From Amphiscolops sp. MND2022 (taxonomy: Eukaryota), in contig OZ076409.1 of assembly GCA_964187785.1 (NCBI GenBank), positions 96,350,001-96,414,000 of the forward strand: DNA of 64,000 nt. The letters run 5' to 3'. The notes beneath the pieces were generated by a model. The model made no database searches, was not told the origin of the DNA, and was given only the letters and a program-made list of their open reading frames with translations. Both the position numbers and the translations under genes were made by a program. Below are positions 1 through 13,480 of this stretch, in pieces (position 1 is the stretch's first letter; the number at the start of each line of letters is the position of its first letter).

Positions 1-90
1 ATTCCACAAACAAGCATTCCACGGACAAGCAGCGGAATTTTCGTGTCCCGGATTCCACGACAAGCAGCAAAATAGCTTGCCTATGCACTG
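1..90. mobile_element. End of a probable non-autonomous DNA transposon with short subterminal repeats
   Basis: Three ATTCCAC..ACAAGCA units followed by ...TGCACTG|TA (CAGTG-type terminus plus TA). The other end lies outside the window. Confidence 0.35.
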
Positions 91-844
91 TAATGATTAC
101 CAGCAGTTGCCAAGTGTGGTTTTTCCAAGCCTTTTGTTATGTCCCCAACTATGTCTATGCATTTTGGGGTCGAATACGGAGCATAATGTAAGAAATTTTG
201 AGCATTGAGTGTGGAAGCTCTTTCGAGTTGAATTGAGATGCTAAAACTGAATCACACTAAGGTCGAAGATTTTTGTATTGAAGAAGCAAATCGGACGTTG
301 ACTTTTAGAATTTTCTCAGGAGAGAATATCCTTTTTGAGTATCTGCAAGACCCCATATTTTCAGTGTCAGGACCGGAAATGGAACCAAGTTGTTTTGTTA
401 TTATGAAACCAAGCAAATCACAATCTTTCGTTTTTGTCAATATACTTTTGTTCACAAATATTTGGCTTCACACCTGTATTTCATTGCTATTTTGACTGGG
501 TTTCTGCCAGTTGTGATGTTACAGTATTCTCACCTAAACTTCCATGACAATCAACATTATTAACTATAGTTTCAGTACCTTGATTCAGTGTCTTCACTTC
601 TCTTATACTCACGTCTTCTTCTGGTGAAGGGTTATCTAGTCTTTTAGATCTCCGTATTTGATTTTTTTTCTAATTGAAAAACTGTTGAGTATTTTTTGAA
701 TTTTTCGAAGTCTTCAAAATGACAATGATGGAATGCATGTCAGTTGTCAAATGGGCTTCAACGCAGGTTGTCACAGACCGCTCCCGGGTTGCAAAAGCAA
801 AAGAGTCAGCTTCGGGAGAGGTCACGGGTGTACGTCGATGAGGT

Positions 845-2870
845 GGTACTATTGAACTTATAAACCTTTTAGCGAAAATAAACTGTGACCTAAGAGAAAA
901 CAGTTATTAAAGCCTGAAAAATCTAAAACGGAAACCTTTACTAAAATGAACAGAGTGAATTAGTTTCACACATTTCCGCTGAGATGTTTAAGCCACGTCA
1001 AGATTAAGTCCAAACTCCACCTGAAATCTTATTTAAAATAAGTGTTTCTAAAGATCATAGCAAAATCTAAAAAGAAAGGTTAAACGGAAATTAAAGAACA
1101 AAGCATTACGCCTATCCGATTCTGAGAATAGCAGCTTAATTGCACTTTGAAAGGCAAATATTGCAAAGTAGGACGACATTACGTCGTTAAGTAAACAATT
1201 TCAGTTGTGCCGGCTAATATTTCTATCTGTCTATGAAGTCCGAGATAACTAATCGAGTCTAATACTCATATTACGCCCGCACGACGTCCACTCTGGCAAC
1301 TGGTCTGGTCCAGCATCAAATTTACCTCAACGCTACGTCCAATATTTATAAATTAAGCGTTTTAATTAATTTTGAAAACATGCAAAATTTCATTCCGATA
1401 AGTAATTTCTGCCAAACATACAGTTTAATTTTACGTCCTAAGTACGTCATTTGATAGGAAACTCATAACAGAGTCATCGTTTTACGTCTAGCCTATTTCG
1501 TAAGGAGATAAAACCGAGTATAATGGAATAGGGAACAATTTTCACGAGTATATTTCAGACTAAGATATTTTAAGAATTAGCATGTGAAAAACGCTGTTTA
1601 TAGTTGCAGTAACGCATAAAGAATGTTTTTTCTACATGTTGAGGATAGTTTTGCATGTTTGTGCTCTTATATTCAGCTCTTGTAACCAACCCGCATTACT
1701 ACTCATCCAGATTGACGTTAACACGTCGCTTTCGGACTTGTTTTCGATTGGTTAATATTTTATAATGACAGTCGGTATGTTTTGTTGCTGAGCAAATATC
1801 ACTCGTTGCTTGTCACCATTATAAGTGCGGATGTTACCAATATTCATTGGAAGTTAATGCTAGCGTTCGAACGTTATTAAATAATCCTAGTGTTGAGTTT
1901 TGTAACCATACTTGTTGTATTTAACTAGCGTCGTCCTGACGTCCTTTTAATTATTGTTACAGTGTTCAGTTCAAAGTGCGATTTAGTTGTTCGAATATTT
2001 AAATTTTAGCCATATTTTTAAACATTCATCCTTTTCCTAGCATCATTTCGAATCGTCATTTTGAGGATTAGTCATAACATTTTTCAAATTGAAATTCAAA
2101 ATCAGGCATGAGTTGTTCACGCTAGCGTCATCTCTGCGCCAACTTTCCCGGGAACCGAAGCAGTAAAACAGGGGAGCATTTCCGGTTTGATGGATTGAAG
2201 TATAAACTTCCTGCTCGGGAGGAAATAAAAGTACGCCGGACTAAAATGATATGATCATGTGTGATGACTGACATCGGAATAAGAGTCTTGTGACTCGAGT
2301 TTAACGAAATGTCGACGTAAAATTGGGAATCTAAATGAATTTAACCTTGAAAACACAGGAAATGACTAATTGTTGGAGGAAAATTTAGGCACGCTATCAT
2401 GATCAAATGATGCTAGTAGGGTATGTATATATAGCCTGGTTTTGTAAAAGATTAATTCCTTCTGTAATCTCGCATCTAAGTCAACTATGTCTACAAGAAA
2501 ACAAAAGAGAAGAAATGTAACAAAAATGTAAGTGAAAGTATGGTATCCCCAGTTTTAGTCGAAAATGAATGTTCGGTAGAGCAGGACGTCTTGATAGCGG
2601 GTCCTTCCCGTGCTAAATCTCCAAGGGTTGAAAATATTTCTTTAGAAAATCTAAAGGCTTCCTTGAAAAAGGAAATAACTTCTGAAATCAAGAACCTACT
2701 TGCTGAATCTCAAAGAGAACTACTGAAACTACTAAAAGCTAAAGTAGGAGGATGTGTGAATAAAGAAGAGGAAACGTCACTTGAAAGTGAAACAAGGAGT
2801 TTTTACACCCCCACTAAATCCATCATGATAAAGAGTACTCAAAACAACGACACCAACCTCTGTCCTAACG
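845..2870 (+). mobile_element. Possible solo-LTR or retroelement 5' relic ending in a short frameshifted ORF (MSTRKQKRR.../MVSPVLVEN..., about 2487-2870)
   Basis: The basic MSTR-QK start resembles MTTRSQKKK at about 13565 (- strand), and the ORF has a coiled-coil-like segment. The upstream 1.1 kb is rich in ACGTC motifs. No clean TSD or termini were found. Confidence 0.3.
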
Positions 2871-3866
2871 CAGGTAAATTGACAAAAGAAGTTACTGCTC
2901 AGTATGTCGGTTTTGCACCAAGTGAATCCTGTTTTGATACGCACTTTATTCCAATTTTTTCCCGCATGACACCCAATTTTTCAGGCATCATCCTGATATA
3001 AATAGCATTAAGTCAGAAGACTCATCTCTATTTATCGATTACAAAATTAACAGCTACATCACATCGAGAAAAATTGTTTCAAGCAAAACGTGGAACACGA
3101 TAGAAAATGTACAATGCCGTACATCCATGATACATAAAAACGTATAATTGTCTTGTTTTGCTATAAAATACGTGACCTGAAAACAAAACAAAACAAATCA
3201 CTGGCAGAAGGATTTTCATTCACAAATGAACATTAAACGTAATCGGAGATCTTCCACGTAACGATCAAAAATCAAAGTAGTTTTCCATGTAATGGCCTTC
3301 ATCTTTTTTATTTTGCTGTGGACAACACTATGAGAAAAGTTTTCACGTTGTTCTGCATAAATTATTATAACTATCTATCTGCTTTGAAATTGCATGCGGT
3401 TCCGCCAGACTTCGCTTTTACCAGACTTTTGACTGATATACTTGCATCGGTGCTGAAATTTTCATCAAAATTTCGAGAATTTTTTCCTTTGTATGAAATA
3501 CTTCATATAAAATTGTCAACGCATAAAATTGCACGACACGATCTTATCAATGTTTTCTTACAAGAAGTTTCTCCGTTTCATTTTAACGAAGACTAAAGGA
3601 CCGAGCTGGTAAACTTCTTTGGACGTTTTACTTTGATGACAAATTGGGAAAAATTGAAGGAAATTCATGAAAGTGCTCAAAAAGTCTCTCATAAATTCTT
3701 TCATTCGGTTTCCCATTTGTTTAAAAAGGAAAAATGAAAAATGGGAAATGAAACAAAAAAAACAGATGTCCTCAATTTTTTTCCAGAAGAGAACCGATTC
3801 AGTTAAAACGCTTGAAACTACGGCACTAACTGTTCAATGAGCCTCTAGTGTAAGACTCGCAGCAAT

Positions 3867-4422
3867 ATGTATCAACTCTCAGGATCAATATGCAAATGTA
3901 TAAAAATGGCAAACTTCTCTGCAAATTTTCGCATTATACTTTTCGTTTTACTCTCAATTTCGTTCCTCAAATTTATCATGGAAACGCAACAATTGTCATT
4001 TTTTCCTCGATTCAACGGCTCCGTTATAGGTGGAAAAAGGATGAATTTACCTGTTAACGTAACGAATAACTATGGACAAAACACAACACTCACAAACAAA
4101 ATGATTTCAACTGGAATTGAACCTTCGTTATGCGACTTCCAATCTTTGAGGAAACTTTCACTGGCTCCAAACAGCAGTAACATTCCAAATATGGAGGAAT
4201 TTTGCTCTCTGTTTCCACCTGAGAAGCAATATTCAGAGCAACAAGAAAGAAAACTAGTATCAGAAAGCTCAAGACATAAGTTACGAATGGATAACTTGAA
4301 AGAATTCTGTCAGTCAGAGATTTACACTGAGAATATTTCGAAATTAAGGACCTCGCCAAAAACAAGAGTGATTACTTTGTTCAATCAATACAAAGTTTTT
4401 GAATGCCGAGTTGCGAAAACAG
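3867..4422 (+). CDS. Carbohydrate sulfotransferase-like gene (Sulfotransfer_2 family), exon 1
   Basis: Type II signal-anchor (FRIILFVLLSISFL), stem with N-glycosylation sequons, and 5'-PSB motif ECRVAKTG split at the phase-1 donor AG|GTAAGT (4423). Confidence 0.85.
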
Positions 4423-5009
4423 GTAAGTAAATATTTTAAACTATTTCTTCTCTATTTTATTTCGAAATTATAACTAAATCACAATTCTATGAAACTCAGT
4501 TTGACACATTTACGGTTTAGATTCATTGCCTGCGTGACGTTTCAGTTGTACGGAGAAAAAAACGATAAAATTATAAAGAGGGCAAAAGAGCAGGGATTGA
4601 TTGGAAAAAATCTATTACAATTGCAATTAAGTAAATTAGTTGCAAATATTCTATGGCGTTGAATTGATTTAAAGATTTCACAATGATGGGTATATTGATT
4701 TTAATGATAAAAAAACTTCCAGAGAGGTTGCGTTTAGGATGGATCTTATTTTTTTAAAAAATCACCAACACACTCCCAGCACACACGCTCCCAAATGTTC
4801 AAGTGCAACTTTGGTTCTGAATCAGGAAGTGTTTTTAGTCGGAACATTTAGAATAAAAGAGCCCGACTATTGCAGTCATTCGTTTTTTGTTTTCCTTCAA
4901 GACAGACTCGAATGCGACGAAATTTTTGTTCTCTTCGTTCAACTTAACAAACACCTCGGACACATATCTAAATCAGTGCAAAGGGTCCCTTCTCATTTTT
5001 CTTTTCAAA

Positions 5010-5455
5010 CGTAACATACAAGCACGGGTAAGACTAAAGGCTCCCCTTTTTGATTTCTTTCGGCACTGTGAGACTATTTGAAAATTGCTCAATCTCGCCT
5101 TCTTCATGTTTTTAATATTTTAAATTTTTCGGCACTTTGCGACTGCTTCAAGATTTTCATTTTTGTTTGAAATTAGGTTCACTAAATATGTATCCACCAA
5201 TGTAAATTGTGTTTTATTAAGGCGGAAGCGGAGGATCGAAATTAGGGCGCTTTAGATGAATTTTGACGTTATATTCGAAGTAAATTGCACTTTACAAAGA
5301 ATGAGGCTGAGGTTCGAAAAAACCAGCACGCTATATCCGAACATTTGACGCGTCTTGCGAGCGCGAAGATCACCCTTTTTATGTTTCGACACGTTTGTGC
5401 GAGTTTCCCATTAAAAAGTCCAGTGCATGTTTTAAAAACTTTCAACGTTTTGAGG
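5010..5455. repeat. Fragments of interspersed repeat families
   Basis: AGACTAAAGG..CCCC..TTTCGGCACTGTGAGACT units are shared with 17282-17890 and 62522-63022. 5220-5340 matches the reverse complement of 11600-11700 and 13220-13470. Confidence 0.5.
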
Positions 5456-5960
5456 GGAGCGGGACGAAACAGCCGATTTTAAACGGGACAAAACAGCCGA
5501 TTTTCAAAATACAACAAAACAGCCGATTTTAAATAAAACAGTACAAACTTGCCGATTAGTAAAAATAAAAATCGCCAATTTTGTCAATGCGTAAGATTAG
5601 CAGTTTATAAAATTATTATTATAACGCAGTCAGCTATGTTCACATACCTCTAGTGCCCTAAATGCAGGAGCAAAGCGAAGCGGACCGACGTGCCATATGG
5701 CCATGCCACAATGTTGCTACCCTGCGAAGAGAGCGAAGCGACCGAGCCATACAACAAATATGAACCTCTTCAGATAAATCAAGTTCCATGCATATTGGCT
5801 GTAACAGCACTCATTTTGTTGTTCTGAAAATCGGCTGTTTTGTCTCGTTTTGAAAATCGGCTGTTTTGTCCCGTTTTGAAATTCGGCTGTTTTGTCCCGT
5901 TTTGAAAATCAGCTGTTTTGTCCCGTTTTGAAATTCGGCTGTTTTGTCCCGTTTTGAAAA
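5456..5960. mobile_element. Foldback-type non-autonomous element with inverted arrays of a roughly 26-bp unit
   Basis: AAAACGGGACAAAACAGCCGATTTTC-like unit occurs about 3 times at 5460-5535 and about 5 times in reverse complement at 5825-5960. Confidence 0.65.
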
Positions 5961-5961
5961 T

Positions 5962-6617
5962 ATGTGATGTCAGGCTAATGCCGCACATCATAGAAGTGGG
6001 AAATGCCTAGATTGCTTAAACAGGAGACCAGTGCCTTACTACAACCTAGACATTAGTTTTTAACCCCAGAATGGTCTTTTCCATTCGTCTAAGGAAGCTC
6101 CTCAGTTAGAGCTCCGGGGCAACGTGCCAGCGCTCTCAAAGTCCGGACACGTCCCACAAGCCTGTAAAACACAAGTCTTAAGGTTTTTGCGTGTTCCTAT
6201 ATACCTCCGAGGTCCAAAAATGGTGTTTAGCCAAAGTACATTATACTGAGTGCAGAACGTCTTAATTAACAAAATAGTGGTCAAACATCAAAAAAAAATC
6301 CTTCAAAAACCACAAATACGGCACAACAGACTGAGACAAACATCAGGCGTCGGTGTGAGATAGTCTTGGACTTGCTAGGTGGCACATGCAAAATATGCAA
6401 ACTTCTGAGTTTCTTCATCTTTTGGGCCATTCGTCGGGTTCCGTTGGTAGCTGGGACGTCTTCCGAGGATGATGGCACCACACGGCGATTTCGGGGATAC
6501 TTCTATGACAGGGTGTTCTCTCTCAGGCTGGGTGGGGATGTTTTGTGTGCGTTTTTCTGCTTATTTTACGATTTTCGGTACTTGCCGCGTCGGCCATTCT
6601 GAATCGCCCATTTCGAA
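5962..6617. repeat. Direct repeat of about 650 bp, copy 1
   Basis: Alignable by eye to 10270-10897 (CATCATAGAAGTGGG ... GCCGCGTCGGCCATT.TGAATCGC). Confidence 0.85.
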
Positions 6618-8494
6618 CTATCATCGAAATTTTGTAATATTCGTTCACCGACTGCTGGACGTTACAACCCCCCGGGCCGTAGTTTGTCGTCCTCGACAAA
6701 CGAGAGTGGATGTTCACGTCTTGGTTGCCATCATCCAGTGATGCTGTTGCAACATAGTACCTCGGGAAACTAAATGGAAGTTGTTGCCCAGAAAGAGGTC
6801 ATTGCCCAAAGATGTCTTTGGCGCTAGCCTAACAGGCTTCCTTCGATTCGACACCAACATTGGGTTCTACCACTGGAATAGCATCAGCAATTCTAGACAC
6901 TTAGCATCATTTTCCAAACGTTTTCAAACTTTTAATTTCGCAGCAAAAATTCTAGCACTTTGTTATTGCATCTGTATAAAAAGCATACATCACGAAGAGA
7001 TTGGCATCAACTTGGGTCCCACCTGATAGATTAAGTTGTACATAATGCACGATAGCACTTGAAAAGTGAAAAGTAAAAGTAACAGCTGTGGTCTTGCAAA
7101 AGTGTCGTAGTTCACGGCAAACAGAAACTGCACAATGGGTAGCACCAATGGGGAAACAGACCTCAAAAAATGAAAAAAAACACCAAAATTTGGGACCCAT
7201 TCAGTCTATTGTTATGGCAGTGTACACTCCGATAAAGGTATTTTCTAGGTAGTATAAGCACCAGTGTATATGTACGAGATGGTAGTATACTGCTCCTCTA
7301 GAGGATGATTATGTCGATGGCTATTGTAAAATAGATCGAGTAAAACTTGAAAATCAGGCATGATACATCTTGAAAACAGTCTTTGGCATTAAAAACAAGT
7401 TCCAAAGCAAGCATTTGAATTTCAAATACACGACCGTTGGCCACGCATTATTCAAAGCTTCGAAGCTCCGGGTGTTTTATTATGCTCGGTGTTGCTTTCT
7501 CTCGGGAGGGAACAGGTACTCCCCGGGCCAATCTCTTGTCCGGTGTTTTCACATCGACATGGTTCACTCAACTGTGGTAACGAGATAGAACCGCGGTACA
7601 CCATAGGCATGAATTGAGCAACGAACACTGATTCTTGAGAAGCCTGCTAGGCTACGGACGTTAGGTTGTCTGAAAATTTTTTTGTCACTTAGCTGCCCTG
7701 TTTCTGGAGAGCATAAGTAAAAACGTAAAAAACATCAGGGACTGGGCAGAGACCTTGGGAGCGCGTAAAAAAACGACACTGAGTTTGAAGTAGTGATTTC
7801 TGCATTACGATTGTAGTGCGATCAGAAAAAGCATTCTTTTTCAATTATGTTAGTCACTAAATTGTTGTTCCGTTTTGAGACGCACTGCGTACAAAGTCTA
7901 TCATCTCAAAGTGACTATAAACGCGCTCCAGCACCCACAGGGCCCGTATGGCACTAATTATGCGTATGTTTATCTTATAGATTGCATTCAGGTGACTTCG
8001 ATAGCGGTTGAGACGAAAAAGGCGATTTTTGTGTTTTTCCTACTACGTCTCGTAGATTATTTTTCGGCAGACCACGGATGTTAGTATGATCCAACTGCAC
8101 AAAGCTCTTCAACGAACTGCAACACGTGGGTCTAGTGTGAAAGTGAGGCCATTACTGCACTTTTCGATGCTCAGACAGCGGAAATCGAGTAATTTTTGTT
8201 CATAAAATGACAAAATCAGCTGTTTTTCCGTCGAAACGCACGTCTGAGGAAAGCGAAAATCATTTCTAGCGCTGGTATGACCTGAAAATTTCACACTGTG
8301 GACTACACTGGCTGAATCGTAAAATTCACCACCCATTGCGGTAAAATTGATTGTATGTGGCTTGCGGTGTCTCAACAATGTTGTTAGAAAATCGACTATG
8401 ATGTGAAGTTCACAAATGTTCGTCAAACTCGCATTCCAGGCGTCCTAGCTGAAAATTTGTATGCGAGCGTAAATTGTGCCCATGTAACAGACAA

Positions 8495-8596
8495 ACAAAA
8501 TGGTGGAGTGCCTGGGGCTATATTCCGTAATCCGAGACTCTCGGATTACGGAATATAGCCCCAGGCACTTCGCCATTTTGTCATCGGATGACAAAA
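8495..8596. repeat. Long palindrome plus an overlapping short perfect hairpin
   Basis: 43-bp arms around C8538 with 2 mismatches, then TTTTGTCATC-G-GATGACAAAA at 8576-8596. Confidence 0.9.
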
Positions 8597-10269
8597 CTAT
8601 GATGTACCCCTGATGTCGCTTTTTTGGGTCCAAAGTCAGAAAAATGACAATTTTTTCAAATTGGACAGTAACAAGCTGCTCAAAAAGCACAAAGCGTCGG
8701 AATCTAGTGCCGGGTGTACGAAAATGCTAAAATTTTAGTCCTGGGATACCTACAAGGTATTGCACTATGTTCAACTGTAATTCGACTTTCTCGACATTTT
8801 CATACGATTTTTGAGCAAAACTGCTTCTTAGATATCTCAATCACTAGTAACGCTAGCGCTACGAATCCTACACCACTAACGCAATTTTGTGCGATCTAAT
8901 CGACGGTGCAATCTGTTCTGAGCTGCTATTACCAGGGGAGGTTTAGAACTGTCTCAGAAACGCTATTCCATTGTTCCGAAAAAGTCGCAAAAGTAACACG
9001 TTTTTGGCTGTTTCTCGGCAACCACTGGTCAGAATCACTTGCAGTTTTCTGCGTTAGCAATGTTTGCTTCTATAATAACAAAAAATAGGCAAGTAAAACC
9101 TGGCAGGTTCCAAACAAGGTTTTCTTAAAAAATTTTCATGTTGTACTTTTTACACTCACAGAACAGTACTAAAATACGTATTTTCACCAGGAAATTTTTA
9201 TTTTTCAGTTCTCACACGTTTCTTATTGTTTTAGCAGTAGCATAGGAACGTTTAACAACTTTATTAAGGGGACTGGGGCTTTTTCAATAATTAATTTTGA
9301 TGTTATATCTGTCACGTCTATGTATCCAAAAAAAAATCAAGGGTTATGTTTTCAATTTATATTGGGGACAGCTAAAAAATGTCTTGCAAGTAGCGTTTTG
9401 TACCACCAAGTTCGCGAACAAAGTTTTTAGCAAGTTTTCAAGCTTAGGAACAATCGCCCAAGTCTTCGCCATCGCCATATTTGGTCTTTTAGGCCAAATT
9501 TGATTCAATTTCAACAAAAATCGCGAAACTTTACAATGCTATCACAACTTAGCCAAACAAATTTTACTGTTCCCGAGTTGATAGGTCTAATGGAACGTTT
9601 TTCTTGTTTTCCCACTGACCGTACCCTCTTCTGAGAAACTTTAGACTTTTAAAAGTATCTAAATCGAGAATCGAGGTTTATCAAGTGTTATAGCTAACTC
9701 TCTATAATTTTTCAGAAAACAATCAGAACCGCAGGGTTTTTTCTCAGTTAGTACTAATGGGGGTACGCCTGGGAAAAGCCATAAGGGCTACTAAATAAGA
9801 AGGGAACAAAGTACCCAAGCCGATTTGGGTGTTGTCTGATCGACAATCGGTGGGTCAACAGAGGTACTCAGTGAAAGACGTCACCTCCTCGTCACTGCTA
9901 GTGGGGACATTCACGCCACGTCCTCACAGGTCCCATACATTGCCAATAGGCTGAAGAGAGCCTTAATACCCTTTAAAACAAAATCCGGTTAAGCCGGATT
10001 AGTAATCTCAACAAGTATGAAAGCTGTCAAATTGGTACTTTGCTATTAAACAGTTATTTCTCATTTTAGACCTCGGAAATACGCAGGAAACGCAGGAATT
10101 CTGTTTGAGGAAGACCTACAAAGCTAGACAAAAGCAATAAAATAATCTAGGACCCTCTAATATGTTGTTCCTAGATCCGAACCTAACAGGGCTGGAAAGC
10201 AGGAAAAACTCCTATTTTGACGCAAAGGTGGAAAATGTCCCTTGTGGGGCGCAAAAAAAACTATTCTAG

Positions 10270-10897
10270 ATGTAACTTCAGGCTAGTGACGAACATCATA
10301 GAAGTGGGACAATGCTTAGATTGCTTGAACAGGAGACCAGTGCCCTACTATAATCTAGACATTAGTTTTTAATCCCAAAAAGGTCCCCTGAAGGGACTTT
10401 TCCAATCGTCTAAGGAGGCTCCTCAGATAGAGCTCTGAGGCGACATGTCGGCGCACTCAAAGTCCGGACAACGTCCCACAAGCCTGTAAAAACAAGTCTA
10501 AAGGTTCTTGCGTGTTCCTCCATACCTCCGAGGTCCAAAAATGGTGTTTAGCCAAAGTACATTATATTAAATTAATAGCGTATAAAATAGCAAAAATAGG
10601 GGTCAAACATCACCAATTATCTGCAAAAACCACAAATACGGTACAACAGACTGAGAGAAACATCAGGCGTCAGTGTCAACTAGTCTTGGACCTGCTAGGT
10701 GGTACATGCAAAATGTGCAAACTTCTGAGTTTCTTCATCTTTCGGGCCATTCATCGGGTTCCTCTGGTAGCTGGGACTTCTCTTCTATGGCGGGGTAGTC
10801 TCTCTCGGGATGGGCGGGGGTGTTTTGTGTGCGTTTTTCTGCTTCTTCTACGATTTTTGGTACCTGCCGCGTCGGCCATTTTGAATCGCACAATTCG
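10270..10897. repeat. Direct repeat, copy 2 (about 630 bp, with an internal deletion near 10780)
   Basis: Diverged copy of 5962-6617. Confidence 0.85.
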
Positions 10898-12298
10898 AAT
10901 TTGTCTTGCCGTCTCGTTGGGACTTAAAAACGGTGAAAAAGTGCTTGGCAGTTTCTGCAAATAACTTCTTGTACTACTTTGTTTTCATTTTGTATGGTAA
11001 CCACTTGCACTCAATTTTGTTGATTCATTTTTGCTGAATTAAAATAGAATCCTGTAAGAAAAGAATGAAACTCCTGATCAATATTAAAGTTTGGATCTTT
11101 CCATTTTTGTTTATATCTCTAAAATTATTAATAATCAGCGGAAAATTTTTTTGGAATTCCCTTGAAAAATAATCTAGATTTAATTCGTGTTTGTTTAAAC
11201 TTTCAGGACACCTAATTTTGATAGCTATCAAAACATCTCTACGTATTAGTATTAATAATTTGGTTTGATTTCTAAGTTTTTTTCTGGAATTTAGAATCAA
11301 TTTTGATTTTGTTTTTTAAATCTTCCATTTCATGATAGATTTGAGACACTGATTTGTGATCCCGAGTGTACTTAGTCTTATCAAAAAGTAAATAATAAGT
11401 AGCTTCTGCGTTTAGTTGAGACTCTTCAACTGAATTTCCAATGTTTTGCATGTTGAAAATTCTCTTTCGGATAAATTCTCAATTTCACAGTACCAGAAAA
11501 CCCAAAGGGGTGACGTTTTTGAAAGGGCGTTATGTTTTTGAACCTCCGTCTCCTCCTTGTTTTTGAACCTTGAACAATTTAGAAATGTATCAGTTCGCTG
11601 GTCCAAAAAACCAAATTTCCGATATAACGCAATAATTTCGAACCTCTGCTTCCTCCTTAGTAAAACTCAAATTACCTCGGATTTGGCGTCACAAATTCGG
11701 ACATTGCGCAATATTTTGTTTGTCAGAAAAGATACTTAATATAGTTCAGTTCGCTAGGCCAAATGGTACATTTCAAGATTTTGTAGAATTTTCGAAGTAT
11801 TTTGATCAGTTCGTGTGAATTGAAAAAAGAAAAACGGTCAAAAGCCACTATCATAGTCGCGTTTCCATTTCATAAATGCGCCGACTAAAAAACACCTAAA
11901 ATGATTTTCACTTAGAGCAATCAACTTTTCAAATTCCTGCTCGATAGAATGACCCACAAGGGGTGGGGTGGGTCAGAATGGGGGGGGGGTAAAATTGAAT
12001 TTACGGATGAGTCTGGATTCAAAGTGTACCCTCAAACATGGCACCAATCGGATCATTTGCGGAAGGTTGTTTCCTTTTGGTTGTTGAATTTTTTGTAAAT
12101 AAAGAGATACAATCGTTCTGTTTTGCATTGATGCTAGCTACATAAGATACTTAGAAAAACAGCTGAAAGCCTTTTCCCCCTTTATGTAGATATAGTGTGT
12201 AGGATAAAGTGTGTAGGAGACTAACTTCTTCAGCAACTTTCTGTTGAAAAAATTTTCTGTAACCCCGTCTTCATTTCCAGGTCTTTTCTGGGTTATAT

Positions 12299-12715
12299 CT
12301 GGTTACCAGACAAAAGTGCCCAAAATACATAGTCAAAAGCGCCCCAATCAAACGCTACATGGGATTTGCTGACTCTATGACGTCACTAACTTTAAGTTCC
12401 TCACTCCAAATAAATACTTGCGAGTTTTTCATTTTAAAACCGTGTATTGACTAATTGCTTCTTTAAGAAATTGATATTTGGTTGACAAAAATGCCAAAAA
12501 TAACAATTTAGGTCGTTTTCAATTGGAATTTGTTAGGTTTGAAAATGTTAAAAAAGACATCACCAATAAATTATTATTTCAATTATATTTAATTAAAGGG
12601 AATCAAATCTACTCAAAAATTAGCTAGGCGCTTTGTATTGGGCACTTTTGACTGGGTCGCATATGACTGTGTAAAAAAGGCGCTTCTGACTGGGGCGCTT
12701 TTGTCTATGCACTTT
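12299..12715. mobile_element. MITE with imperfect inverted ends (AGACAAAAGYGCCC / GGGCGCTTTTGTCT)
   Basis: Inverted subterminal repeats. A second, interrupted copy spans 55751-62410. Confidence 0.6.
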
Positions 12716-12896
12716 CTACCTAGTTATCAGCGTAAGTTACATAATTGATTCAACATAGCAGGGCTCGAAGAGGTGCATTACCCCTTTCTCGTCCCTTTCG
12801 AATACATTCAACCATAAGTTTTAAGTTACCTATTTGTTATTGTGTTAATATTGTATTCAATTTTTATAAACTCTCTTCTTGGGCTGTCTTGTTTAG

Positions 12897-13127
12897 GAAC
12901 TTCGACAAGAGGAGCGGTGTTTTACCCTTTGTTCCACGATAAACCGCTGGGCGACAGAATTCCTTCTCATCAGATATTCGATCCTTCAGTTCCCAAACTG
13001 AGACCGGACCAGCTAGACCAACTTCCACAGCTGTCAACATGGTTTGGGTTCCAATTTACCCGGGATCCCTTCGATCGAGCACTCTCGGCATACTTCAACA
13101 AAGTGATCGAGGCCAATATGCTCACGG
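12897..13127 (+). CDS. Sulfotransferase exon 2
   Basis: Acceptor TTTAG|GA restores KTG-TST. Contains the 3'-PB motif FTRDPFDRALSAYFNK. Phase-1 donor G|GTTAGA. Confidence 0.85.
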
Positions 13128-13153
13128 GTTAGAGTCAAAACAAGTGAATTAAA

Positions 13154-13480
13154 ACAAGACGCCCGCTATGCACCGCTATATTTTCCACCTTCAATTGGCT
13201 AACAATAGACGCTTAATCGAAATGTAACCTCCTCCTTGATACAACGCAATTTACTTCGGAAATAACGTCAAAAGTTCGGATATAGAGTGCTGGGACAAAT
13301 GGGAACGCTTTTTTTCGAACCTCCGCCTTCCTCCTTGGTAAAACGCCACGTAGTTCGGATATAACGTAAAAAATTACATTTTGGTAACAAGGACCCTCCA
13401 GTCTCGTCCGGTTTGGCAAATGCACAAAAAAAAATTTCGAATCTCGGTCTCCTCCTTAGTAAAACGCAATTTTAAATATA
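13154..13480. repeat. Interspersed repeat beginning AACAAGACGCCCGCTA.GCACCG, with internal tandem units
   Basis: Same start at 32833; internal units also occur at 11530-11700 and 5220-5340. Confidence 0.5.

Noticed and set aside
5825..5960. 26-bp repeats resembling a CRISPR array
   Set aside because: The units are head-to-tail with no spacers, have an inverted counterpart at 5460, and lie in eukaryotic DNA with no cas genes.
9810..10000. Hairpin-rich patch with CTGAAGA and CCTCCTCG, suggesting a hammerhead or HDV-like ribozyme
   Set aside because: I could not assemble a complete core or pseudoknot by eye; an Infernal search would be needed.
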